A DNA stretch of 62,903 nucleotides, counting the filler, from Hausera hauseri (lineage: Eukaryota), in NCBI GenBank assembly GCA_046269625.1. It is 12 parts of 12 records of this genome, joined end to end, with 100 filler letters (N's around TTAATTAATTAA, not from the genome) between each part and the next. Parts side by side here need not be neighbours in the genome. Positions count along the whole stretch, not along the records: positions 13,676 to 17,768 come from JBJURY010766985.1; positions 17,869 to 25,481 come from JBJURY010004902.1; 10 more parts are not named here. The stretch is one strand, 5' to 3'. Of this stretch, positions 13,676 through 25,581 are shown piece after piece. Within the stretch, counting starts at the first letter, position 1, and each line of letters opens with the position of its first letter. Made by a program: the position numbers and the translations under genes. Under the pieces are notes generated by a model that was not told where the DNA came from, ran no database searches, and worked only from the letters and a program-made list of their open reading frames with translations.

Positions 13676-15800
13676 AAAAACACGTTCCAATCGCCGTTGG
13701 TATGTTTGTTGTCCCAATAAAAGTGGTCGGTCAGCGGTAGTATTACGTCTTTCACGGCTGGAATTGTGTACATGATTTCCTGCAGCGTTTGGAAACGATA
13801 ATGGAAACGGAAATTAAGCCGTGGTATCGCAATAATTCCATTAAACCATTGATTTGGATAGATGAATATGAATCTCTGATGTTCGGTGCGACCGATGAAT
13901 TTTACCTCTGCCACAAAATATTGCCTTTTAATGCACAGGAACGGCTCGTACCGGAACATAATAAATTCATCGGTCGATATCTGGGAGCAGCATGCCACTC
14001 ATGCAACTTAACAAGACGTGTGAGGCCATTCTTACCGGTGACCTTCCATAATTTCCGAGGTTATGATTGACACCATATACGGAAATGGGTCATCAACGGA
14101 TTTCCGCAGTGGGAACTGTTTATAATCCCAACAACAGTGGAGAGGTACCTGTCCCTGTCTGCTCGAATTAACCGGTTCTAGGTACGCTTCCTTGATTCAT
14201 TGCAATTTCTCAATGAATGACTGGCGAAGCTAGTAAATGCCTTGCCGGATTTGCCGATAACCCAAACACAGTTCCCCACACATATTGCATGCAACAAAGG
14301 TATATTCCCATATGACTTTGCTGTGTCGTAAGTGCGGCTTCCGACAGCAGATGAATTGCCGCAACAATGGGCCGGAATCACAAAGGATGAGTACCACAGA
14401 GCACAGGAAGCGTGGGCAGAGTTCGGCTGCAGAAACATGTTTGAGTATATGCCCCAGTATCTGAAACTGGATGTGTACTTGTTAACCGATGTGTTTCAGA
14501 CATTTCGTGCTAAGGCGTTGGCGGATGATAGGCTGGAGGCGCTAAACTTTTACTCCATACAGAGAATGAGTTGGGCATCTACACTAATGTCGCTGAACAG
14601 GAAAATTGAGCTGCTGCAAGACCCGAAAATGTACCGACTATTTGTTGTTGGTATTCTTGGCGGCATGACATTTTTCAACAAGCATCACGTAAACAGTGGT
14701 GACGATGATACAACATCAATGTTGTACATCGATGTTAATAACCTGTACGGCTGGGCGCTTTCGCAACCCTTTCTGTACGGTTTATTTAAATGGATAATGG
14801 ACAAACAAGAACTGGATACATTGCTGGTTAGTCTGCCAGCAGCAGCAAACACGACAGAAAGCAGCTCAGTCGGCTACCTAATAGAAGTCACACAACTGAT
14901 TCGTTCAATCCGCTTAAATCAGGCGCCGATATTCAAGGCGTACATTGATGGAAATTCAGAGAAACGAGCTGCAGCTTGTACAAAGTTCAAAAAGGACTAA
15001 CACAAGTTGAAAAATAATTATGTCTACGGCAAAACAGTAGAGAACCTCAAAAGCCACTCAGTGTGTGCCTATGTAACAACGAAAAGCGACTAGTTACGTA
15101 CACCAGAAAGGCTCAGTTTAGGAAGTCAATGCATATCACCGATGGATTGGTTGCAGTGCTGTTGAACCGGGAAGAAGTCGTACTGGACCGACCAAGCTAT
15201 ATCGGACAAGTAGTATTGGACCTGAGCAAGTTGCGAATGTACGAGTTCCAGTATCGCGACTTGACACGTTACCGGCAAATGTTCAACGGCTGTGAGATCA
15301 GTATCGTTGCCGGTGACACAGACAGCTTTTCAGTGAGCTGAAAAACGTCAATCTCCACCAATTGTTTCGGCAAATGATGGCAGATGGACTACTGGACACG
15401 TCCAATTACCTGCAGAATCACCTTCTGTATAGCAACGCCATCACGAACAAAATAGGCTGCTTCTCGGATGAAAGTAAAGGCCGTGCCAGATACCGGGAAT
15501 AGATATTCCTGCACCTAAAGTGATACAGTCTGTTGAAACGCTGTGGACCGAAAATGCTGGCAAATATAGTCCAGTTAGCCCAAACAGAAATTAATCACAG
15601 TGATTATCGCCGTGTCTATGAAGAAGGACAACCCGGTGGAGAGCAATAAAAGGCTTTTGTATCTCAAACGATCATCCGATCAATTGAGAACCAGCTGTAT
15701 GCTATTACTAACTCTAAAGTCGCTTTACCATGCAATGATGATAAGCTAAATTGGGTGGGGCGAAATAAAAGTTGGGCGTACGGACATTGGCGTTTGAGAT
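13676..15800 (+). mobile_element. Protein-primed family B DNA polymerase (Polinton/adintovirus-like), decayed and 5'-truncated
   Basis: FHNFRGYD (ExoII), YLKLDVYLLTDVF (ExoIII), YIDVNNLYGWAL (motif A), KLKNNYVYGKTVEN (motif B), AGDTDSF (motif C) and a Cys/His insert in the exonuclease. Many stops. Confidence 0.9.
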
Positions 15801-16508
15801 ATCACACGCTCAGTGCTCATAAACATTTCAATGCAAATATGCAATTCAGTCCAGCCAGATCATTGACATTTGTGAATTTTGTTTTACTTTAATCTGCTGT
15901 ACATGTTTTGTTATATATGATAAATAACGTGTTTGTACACTATTTTTTGTCTTCTGTTTTATAACAAGAAAATGTGGCTTAAGTTGGGTAGCATTACGCA
16001 AACGGTTATGCGGCACACGTCACCTATGTTGAAAGACCATTAGTGAAATATTTAGAACAATATTAATACAATATTACAGAAGCAATACCAAAACATAATT
16101 GATCGAAAATCAAGCTAAAACACGACACCAAAAATGCAAATAACTTTTTATTTTAAATTACAATCTAAAACCAAGTGTAAGCCAAAGGATATTCTGAACA
16201 AAACGTAATTGTTGAATTCCATAGTAGTTTGTCAAATTCGATTCGTTGAATATGTATATATCACATGCTTAATTTCTGTATAAAATTAGGCTAAAATTAT
16301 TTTTTCACCAATGTGCATTTCTAATTATTAGTCCAAATCAATGGAGTTGTAATGTTTATCAAAAATAAATTAAAAATTTCATTACTCAAAAACTCAAATA
16401 CTTTTTATTATTAATGTAAAACAACACAAGAAACTCAAATAAATTTTATTATATATCATAAACTAACAATACCAAAAACTAATCACAAACTAAAAAGAGT
16501 ATGTCTAT

Positions 16509-16901
16509 TTAATTCATTAGGGTAAACTTCCACAACCTCCACAATGACGATTTAATACCGCACGGTTCTTTGTATCTTTTCACTTTCATTGTCAGATATC
16601 CTTTTACATCTTCCGATGGCAAAACAGCTGTTTGTCCACTTGCACTCACAATTTTCGCATGTAAAATCAGAAACATCAAATCATTGTCCACTTTCTTCAT
16701 CGTTTTTTGCAATGCATCCAAGTCACTGTCACCTATTTTCTTTGTCAACAGACCATATTTTACCTGCCTCGTTTTGATCGGTGTTGATAATTTCACTTGA
16801 ACGGGGATTCGCAGGTCGTGTATATTGTAACCGTTGTACACTCTAGACTCTCTGAGGGAATACGGGCCGTACTTGGACTCACTATTGCTTTCTAAATACA
16901 T
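16509..16901 (-). CDS. Accessory protein of the pPolB element, possibly an OB-fold ssDNA-binding protein; convergent with polB
   Basis: Clear homolog at 51554-52009 (YSL..R.YNGYN.H.L, VKY.LL.K, AVLP.E..KGYLT.K.K..KE..GIKS..W...KF) in the same position relative to polB. The SSB function is inference. Confidence 0.7.
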   Translation of the reverse strand: MYLESNSESKYGPYSLRESRVYNGYNIHDLRIPVQVKLSTPIKTRQVKYGLLTKKIGDSDLDALQKTMKKVDNDLMFLILHAKIVSASGQTAVLPSEDVKGYLTMKVKRYKEPCGIKSSLWRLWKFTLMN

Positions 16902-17016
16902 ATTAAGGACAAAAAGTAATAATGAAATTGACTTACTATCTTAACTGCAACCTGGCACAATTGAACTTTCGGTGTTGTTGTTGATGTTGATGTTGTTGTG
17001 TTGTGATGAAATTTTA

Positions 17017-17052
17017 GAGACAAAGTGAAATGAAATGACATGCATATTTATA
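17017..17052 (-). promoter_or_regulatory. TATA plus initiator-like promoter of the accessory gene
   Basis: TATAAATAtgcATGtCATTTCATTTCacTTTGTCT is nearly identical to TATAAATAgagATGcCATTTCATTTCgcgTTTGTCT at 51508-51543. Confidence 0.7.
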
Positions 17053-17054
17053 CT

Positions 17055-17222
17055 AAATTTGTTCAAATCGGTTTATTTTCGTTGTAAATAATTGACCAAA
17101 TATGTACCAACCGGTTTGCCATCATTGTAAACAATAGGCAAACGGTCAATGAAGCCATTGACCAAATTTGTTCCAACCGGTTTGCTTTCATTGTAAACAG
17201 TAGATAAATGGTCAATAACGCC
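17055..17222. repeat. 66-bp tandem repeat (two copies plus a partial) with internal palindromes
   Basis: Units 17091-17156 and 17157-17222 each read ATTGACC...AACCGGTT...TTGTAAACA...GGTCAAT. Confidence 0.85.
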
Positions 17223-17243
17223 AGTGACGCCATCTGTATTAAG

Positions 17244-17717
17244 TCATTCATAGTAAATGCGTACAATTTCCATTATTGAGGATTTAAATTCTGGATATTG
17301 TGTTACGTTGGAAAAAAGAGCAGATTTGACATATGACAACAGGCCCATACATTAGGAATGTCCTATCCACCTTTCTTTCTTTACATAGTGCACAAAAAAC
17401 TATTAGTGTTGTACCTTGTTTGCTATTTTCTCTTTCAAGTTGTTGTTTAATTCACCACACAACTTTTCAAGGGTATCAAAGTAATCTGTTTCGCATAATC
17501 GGTGAATATACATTTGACTTATCGAAAGAATTAAAATTTCTATCGAGTCGCAATCTGTTGTCATCATCAATGATATTGACGCCAAATCTGCTTTGTAGCC
17601 AAAATAATCGCCGCGCACAATTAACTCAATTTCGAGTACTCGCCACCATTGTGTCGACTCGGAATGTGTTAATCCATCCAAATTTTGCAAATGCTTCAAC
17701 TGATCAATTATTTCCAT
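17244..17717 (-). pseudogene. Protein with a C-terminal IAP-type RING finger (C3HC4_3), frameshifted
   Basis: After the 104-aa ORF, shifted frames read CALCKERKVDRTFLMYGPVVICQIC and NVTQYPEFKSSIMEIVRIYYE*, a decayed C..C...CGH.V.C..C....CP.C...I..IVRIY pattern. TATAAATA lies upstream. Confidence 0.7.
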
Positions 17718-17949
17718 GATTATTATTAATGTTACTATAACCTACCCGTATTTATAGTTTTGAACCAANNNNNNNNNNNNNNNNNNNNNNNNNNNNNNNN
17801 NNNNNNNNNNNNTTAATTAATTAANNNNNNNNNNNNNNNNNNNNNNNNNNNNNNNNNNNNNNNNNNNNAATAAAACTTCTACCCGATAATTTTCAATTTA
17901 CAATGACAATATCCGTAACAACGATGTAAGAAAATATGTAATAAAGTTC

Positions 17950-18470
17950 TACCTTAAAATTCAGAATCTCTGACAAAAACAATTCTCTACACGCAAATGA
18001 GTTTGATACTATTGATAAATGGTAAATACCACTATAATGAACGACAATCAGTAGTACTGTATTTCTCATAATTTTCAAATTCATAGAGTATTTGTCAATT
18101 CGATTGAAAACGGTAAAATATTACCAATACTTTATCGACAGCCACTGTACAATTGATGTATAATTAAGAATTATTTTTATAATTACTGCACAATTTCAAC
18201 TACATAGAACCAAACTACATACAATTTGGTATTGTCATGAACGTAGGTGCCAATATTATAAAAGTTCTACTCAATTTAACATATCCTCTATTCTGTTTTG
18301 TCAGCATAAGACTTATTTGTCATCATCTTTGCACTTATATCTTTTCCATCACTGAAAGGTCTATAGTTTCCATCGTTATTTTTTAGACAATGTTCCAAGC
18401 ATCAACAACAATTGTTCTCGCCTTCCCGCCTCCCGACTGCCCACTAGAATTATGTTATTTTTACATCATC
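17950..18470 (-). pseudogene. Possible highly decayed P-loop ATPase (dynein heavy chain AAA2-like) fragment
   Basis: IILVG/GQSGGGK across a frameshift, plus a downstream ILYEFEN segment. Weak. Confidence 0.25.
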
Positions 18471-20790
18471 ACTCATTTTTTATATCCATCACATATTTTA
18501 CGTCTGAAGTTATTTACATACTCTCTGAGCACACACTCAACCATATAGGTAACATTTTAAACATAAAACTATATTTACAATATGTACATTTTGCTTGTTC
18601 CCATGTCAAAGGATATTCCAAAAGATTTTTTGATAGCGTTGCCAGTGACGTAGGTAAGAATGGGAAAGAGTCGTTAACGATGAAATATTGCAGATCAGAG
18701 AAACACGTATTGGACGTGCAATATTGGTTACTAAAATTTGGTTGAAAAGCCAACAAAAAATAATCATTTCGATTGATCCAATGAAAATTAACGGGAATTA
18801 CAGTCTTTAATGCGTCACTCGTTGTTTGCCGGAGACTGTAATTTCTGTTCGTGAAAAATTAGTGGTAGTGGGCAAGTGTGATCACAGTTAGTAAATATTA
18901 TTTCGAGTAAGTCGTAACACGAGCTATTTCAAATAATATTGTAGTATGTTAGTCTTTATTGTTAGTGTACATATTAGTGTAACCAGTATAGAATTAAACT
19001 TCATGGGAATCTGTGGTCTTTGTGTTTTCTTTTTAAAACAATTTGAAAATTCGAGCTGGAACGATTTAATCGATTACACGCCATCACGAATATCTTGTCA
19101 CGCTCAACTAGCCCCGCATACAATGTGTTAATGGTCGAAGGAAAACGATAAAAATTTTGTTAATACGTAAAATTCTTCTGCATGTAACGGTGAAAATTGA
19201 CGAAGTGCGAAATGACGTAATATTTTGAACGCCATATTGCATAATCTTAGCTTTATTTGCAAAAATATTTTTCATATTTTTAATCAGCATAAAATATTGT
19301 ATTTGCAGAACTTGTAAAATTTCGACTAGTATAAATTGCTGACCTTTGTAATCTCATACGTTGGATTATGAATTTTCGAAGGATATATGCCCTTTTTTAA
19401 ATTTAATTGATGCAGCAATTTTGTTTTAAAATGATTTTATTAAAATAAAGTAATTTTAGAGTGTACTACAACTTCACATAAAGAGTTATTATGTAATAGC
19501 ATTGACGTCTGAAGTGAGCTTGACGGATGAAGTGAGCTGTTTCCACTTCCCTATCGATATTTATTTTTGTTACTGTAAGAAGTTTGCCTAGCAATAATAT
19601 TTTACATTTTTACCTTGTGTTCATGTTTTATTTTTGGAACAGCCGACCATATAGGTTTAATAATTGTTTAAATGCTGGACCCCAGAATCCAAAATGTAAT
19701 TTTATTATTGATGTTTTCAACTGTTAATCTCCGTATATGTTACCAAATGATACCCAAACCTTAATAACTTGGTCAAAATATAATAAAAAAATCGTTTCTA
19801 ACGTTTATCTTCGTTTTGTAGGTCGGTCTGGAATTCCTTGAATCGTTTTGTCAGTCAATTTGGGGCTTAGATAGTTGTCTCACAGTTATCTGTGAAGTTC
19901 CTGATCTGCTAGTTCAAAGATCATTTCTGAAGTTTGTTGCTGAAATTTACGTACGATCAGAAAGCAACATGAAATCGAACAAATCGGTTCTTACAGACGT
20001 GTAAGAATTGGCTAATTTAACTAACGTTTCTTTTGTAAAACCCTACCAGCAGCGAGACACCATGGTGAAGGTATATCGCAAATCAGTTACATTCAGTACC
20101 TATGGTAGACAACTAATAACGAAGTATTGCAACGTCTTGTACGCACAAAAACTTATTAGACAAATTGTACTGTTTGTTCTCAGGATTTTCTTTCAATCTC
20201 ATCCCTAAAGTTTTTCAACTCAGCCACAGGGGGTATTGTAGTGCCTGTATCAACCTTTTGTCATTGTACTTTTCTTTCTTTCGTGTTTCTTCATGTAAAT
20301 TTTATGTACATAGTTTTTCTTATTTTTGAGATAGTGTTGTAAGTTATTCCATATTGTTAATTTTGTAACATATTTTATGGCTTTATTTTATGTTAGAAAT
20401 TTATTTTCACTTTAATGTGTGATAAACATGTGTAATTTTGTTTGTTTGATTAGGTTGATTTATAATATGAAATTTAATTTTTTTTGAAACAACTGCTGGG
20501 GTTCCTGGATAACAGCCAAATTCTCTTGATTTTGCGATTTTCAATGTCATTGATTTTGTTTGAAACGCACGAAAACTCAGACTGAAATAAAAAGCAATAA
20601 TTGAATATTTCAAATAAATATTAATAACTCTTACATGATTTTTTCTGTTGGAAATTTGTATGAAACCGACAAACAAAAGGATATGTTATTAGTTATAGAG
20701 TATCACAAAATTCCCGGATTTCAACATAATGATTATATTTGGTTGGTGCAGAGAAATTTGGTAGATAACATTTCGATGCACTAACACAAT

Positions 20791-22739
20791 GTGGTTAAAA
20801 ATTTTGAATTTATTAACTTTATTATTTACGTCGAAGGGTCAACGGCCGATATGAATATACTACAACGAAACTACAATTGGTGTCAGAAGTTGGATTCGAA
20901 CGTAAGCCACCAGTCTGCGATCAGAAACCAGCGTTTTCACAATGGTGTTGCAGCCGGTCTTATGATATCGTCATATAACGATAATATCGGTCCATCTTGG
21001 ATTTTGCAGCAATGGAATTTGAAACAACGGAATGATAAGATAGAACTTACGGCTGAACAGGCTGGAATTATGTTTGGTCTTGGTCTTAATGGAAATTTGA
21101 ATAAACTCGATAGGAAAACTATTGGCAGAGAATTAAAGTCATTGAATGGCATGACTACAATGGCATTTTTAATTGGACTTTGTGCGTTTAACATGGGATC
21201 AAAGAATTCTCTTCTGATGTCCTACATATCTATTCATTATGGTCGTATGTTGCTAGATGACAGAGATAACAGTAATCAAATCCCCTCCTTATCAAAAGTC
21301 GCCTAAATCATTTCCGCGGGGTTAGTAAATTTCACATTGGGAAACCAACAAATGGTACGATCTTTAATTGAAGAAATCAGACGATTTAGAGAACAACTGT
21401 TGACAGAAAAAATTGGTTGTTCGGATATCGAACACTCTGCAACAACTGTAGGATTCAGCGTTGGATTGATATTGTTTCAACATGGTGACATGTATAGAAA
21501 ACACCATAATCCCGATGAATTGATACCTTTGTTGCGGTATCTGAAAAGCGATTATCAATTTCCTATTGCGAAAAATTATATGGGCAGTATTCAGGATTCA
21601 CAGAAGAATATTTTGAAGAATTATGACCCGAAAAAGCCACAAATAATATCGCATTCGTTGAATTTTATTGGTTTTCAAAGTATGACTTCCAGATTTCAAG
21701 AAGGTGAATGTTACAATATGGATATCACGAGTCCGGGTGCTGCTGTGGCACTACGAATGATATTCATGGCTTCGAATAACGAATCAATAGCCAGTGAATT
21801 ATAGTGTCAAAATACGTTTTATCTTTTGGAAGATATCCGTCCTCCAGTTTTGTTTTTCCGTCAAGCAGCCTATGGTATGATTATGTGGAACGGTATTCTA
21901 CCGATACAACAATGGATAGATAGTATGATCCCGCAATTTACTTCCCGTAAGGCTCTGCAAGCCCAACCGACGGATATTGTTGAAAAACATATTGTGACGG
22001 CCAATGCGAGTTATCTTCAGTTGCTCGTGGGGTTATGTTTTGTAATGGCCATGCGAAATGCTGGTACGGATGGTCTTGCTACTATTCTTTCGCACATTGA
22101 GAAGTTATTATCCATCAAAAACGATTGTGAATTATTTGAGAACATTGGCCAATACTTTTATGATTGGATTTTATCCACTCTCTTTTTATCGGCGTGCATG
22201 ATTGCATCTGACACTGGTAATTTAAAGCTGTTGCGTGTGTCTCGAAATCTCTGATCAATAAATCGAGCTAAAGATACACTTAATTACGGTGTCTGTATGA
22301 TGTATTCTATTTCCATTGGGCTTTTATTCATGGGCGACGGAAATCTAACTTTATGTAAACCTCCAAAATCCTCTGCACTTCTTCTTATAGCTTTTTTCCC
22401 AAGATTCCCTTTAACCTATTCTAGAAATAGATACAATTTGCAGGCATTGAGACATCTATATGTTATTGCAACACGACTACGAATATTTTGTGCTGTTGAT
22501 ATTGACTATCAGAATGCTGTTCCTATCAGTTCCAGAGTAAAGTTCAAAAACGATATTAAAGAGTCTCATGGCTGTGTTGTATTCCCTCGTGAACACCCGT
22601 CATTAATTAATGAGATTGAAGTACTTGATTCCAAAGGTGAAGATTTTCCACAGATTTACAAACCAGGTACGGAATCCTGGAATGTATTACGCGAGTCACT
22701 GTGCAGTGGTAGATACTCTTTCGTTATAAAGAAATTGTC
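20791..22739 (+). pseudogene. ANAPC1: Anaphase-promoting complex subunit 1, C-terminal PC-repeat region, with in-frame stops
   Basis: FHNGVAAGL, AGIMFGLGLNG, NMDITSPGAAVAL, SIGLLFMGDG, NRYNLQALRHLYVIA. TAA (21304), TAG (21802) and TGA (22252) interrupt one frame. Confidence 0.9.
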
Positions 22740-22894
22740 TGTTATGCCATTAAAAGACATAAAGTTATCACTTACTAAGAATCCAGCCGATAAAATACGT
22801 GGAGATACCACGCTTCCCATCGTGTTGTTTATCACCGCCATTATCCATCTACCTTTCTGTAAATAATAAATTAATACATACTGCACACGTAACA
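22740..22894 (+). repeat. Putative LTR of the adjacent Gypsy element
   Basis: TGTTA...TAACA inverted termini with an internal AATAAA. It begins about where APC1-like coding ends. No canonical PBS seen. Confidence 0.5.
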
Positions 22895-25370
22895 CAATGT
22901 ATCGACACAATACAGTTATATTACCTCATTCATAAAGACACCGCCTTCAAGGACTTCTATTTGACTCACAATGGATTCATTTTAACTGACCTCCCACACA
23001 TCATGTTCTTACAATACTACCTCTGTATTCACATCCACCCTAGAATCCGCGGCGGTATGATTTCACCAACCAGTGACATCACCGATAAGGTAACCACAAA
23101 ACCAAAATCCGTTGTCTACTATGCAAAATAAAACCACCTAACTCCTTCAACCGATAATTAGCTTTTCTCACAAAAGCCCTACAATTACACCTTCACATTG
23201 CTCTGAATACCTTACAGACAATGAAAACTCTAGTAATACTTGGCTCCATTTCCATCAACTTGGGCTACAATACAACGGCATTATCGACTCCTTAACCAAA
23301 GTCCATAATCTACTCTACCTTCTACCAAACTTCATAAAGACCTCAATCCATAACTTACTGGACATATTTCAACATCCTGACCCTTATACGCAATTGTTCA
23401 ATGCTGTATTAAAGCTAACAGAACCACCAATTGATTCGATAATACAACGATTCTTTAATGAAAACGCAATGGGGACACAAAAACTTAGTGTTTTCTTACG
23501 CACTTCGTTGGCACACTTACGTACCCTGGGTGTCATCAAGGAACACAATCCGGATCGACTTTGCCGATATTTCCTTAATGCTTTACCCATTCAAATTAGG
23601 GCTTTACTTACGGTTGTTGAGAATTCTACAGCTTTAGATGAACTAGCTGAATTAGCCGATAAAGCACATGAAGTTTTACAAATACAATCACAACCCATCA
23701 TATCAGCAGCAATTACAACCGACGACAGTCAACAACATACATCTATCGAACATCAATTGAACCAATTACGCTCCGAAAATGCGGCACTACAACTAACAAT
23801 TAATAACTTCAATGATAAGCTGAACGACCTTTTATCACATCGGCGGAATGCTTCCTCCCTCATCGAACCCGTTCTTTCTCAAGAAATCGAACACCGCCAC
23901 CAACGCGGTCATTTATATGTTATTATCATAACAAATTTAATAACAAAACAAATAAATGATGTCTAGGCTGTAGATATTATTCCTCGCATCTACACTCAGG
24001 TAACATTGTTTGCATCTATCATGCAAAATTTTGATCTAATGCTCGGAATTGTATTTCAGGCTGTAACTATAAAACTAACCATAACTACACCACTGATAGA
24101 CGTCCCAGTTTCTTTAACAATAACCGTCCAAACTCGCCAATCCAAAAAAACTAATTTCGCCGCCAGTATTTACGGCAGAATCTAGCAAAGGCAACTTACC
24201 TAATTCTCCTTGCCGACACACTTCTTTGACAGTCTTTACACTAAAACCTGCAATCTCCACTTCTAACATTTAATCCATAGACTTTTTATTCGACATCGGT
24301 GTAGCAATCTCATTACTACCACTTTATTTTTCGGTTCAACATTTTCGCTTAAAACAAAACCTTCATACACCGCCTCCGGTCAACCCCTTTATATTGTCGG
24401 AACACTTCTCACTATTTCATTGGAAGTTTACAGTCGCTAACGTCCAGACAGCAATACTTGGCTCCAATTTCCTGGCGCACAATAACTTGCTAGTCGATTG
24501 TAATTAACGATGCCTAAAACCAAATACACCTGAAGACTGTAGTACAGGAATAGGCAGCACACCGACGACAACACAGCCAACAGTAGGTAGGCAATCAGTC
24601 TTAAAACAGTCAATACCTCATACCAATTCTCTTAATTATCACGTTTTACCTCGTAAGCTTTCAAAGGACAATGTTGATAGTCAGCTCAATGTCGACTCTC
24701 ACGATCTTGTGTCTTTATTAGAATCACTAAACAACACCACTTACTCAACTAATGTCTTGTACACGACCATTCTACATGAAATTCAACTCGATTTCCTACC
24801 AACAATGAACCAACATTCACCAAGTACTGCCAGCAACATCGGTCCATTGCCACTTCCAATATTCCAGCAACTACCCGTAAGTTTGCAACAAATCATCAAT
24901 ACTTCTTGTCCTCGTATACTTCAGAAAGATCGGAACTTCATCCCTATAAACGGCATTTACCATCATATAATTACACGACACCAAAGACCAATTCGTCAAA
25001 AGGTTTGTCCATTGTCACCTCGTCGCATGCAGACAGTAGAGGCGGAATTTTGTGAACTCGAGCAATCAGGTATTGATCGTAGATCTAAATCCCCATGGTC
25101 TTCGCCCCTCCACGTTGTCCAAAAAAGATGGATCATTCCGACCATGCGGCGATTATCGCCATCTTAATATTTTAACCATAATGGATGCATATCCATTACC
25201 ATTGATCAAAGACATTACATCGGCTTAATTCTACTACATTGTATTCAACAACTGATTTAGCAAAAGCGCATCACCAAATTTCTGTCGCACCGGAAGACAT
25301 TGAGAAAACTGCAGTTACCACACCTTTCGGTCTTTATGAGTACTTGTACATGCATTTCGGTCTCCGGAAA
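22740..25370 (+). mobile_element. Ty3/Gypsy LTR retrotransposon, CsRn1/Boudicca-like clade, decayed (gag, protease remnant, start of RT)
   Basis: Gag FLNALPIQIRALL...LDELAELADK, CHCC zinc motifs, AAAAAAC-TAA slippery site at 24145-24154, RT start [12 protein letters not shown]...CGDYR...DLAKAHHQI...KTAVTTPFGLYEY. Confidence 0.88.
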
Positions 25371-25581
25371 GTAGGTGGTTATGCGTTGTCGAGAATAAGG
25401 TCAGTTTTTTCCCACGGTCGTGTATGGCGGACTCGGTACGGGCCAGGTGTAGTGTTCCACGAGCGGAACATGGCCCGTAGANNNNNNNNNNNNNNNNNNN
25501 NNNNNNNNNNNNNNNNNNNNNNNNNTTAATTAATTAANNNNNNNNNNNNNNNNNNNNNNNNNNNNNNNNNNNNNNNNNNNN

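Noticed and set aside
17063-17266. 67-aa ORF with an internal peptide repeat
   Set aside because: It is a by-product of the 66-bp DNA repeat, whose length is a multiple of three.
20791-22866. Alternative genetic code or readthrough to explain the in-frame stops in APC1 and EXOC1
   Set aside because: TAA, TAG and TGA all occur, at positions expecting different residues. Frameshifts occur in the other broken genes, and intact genes end with normal stops.
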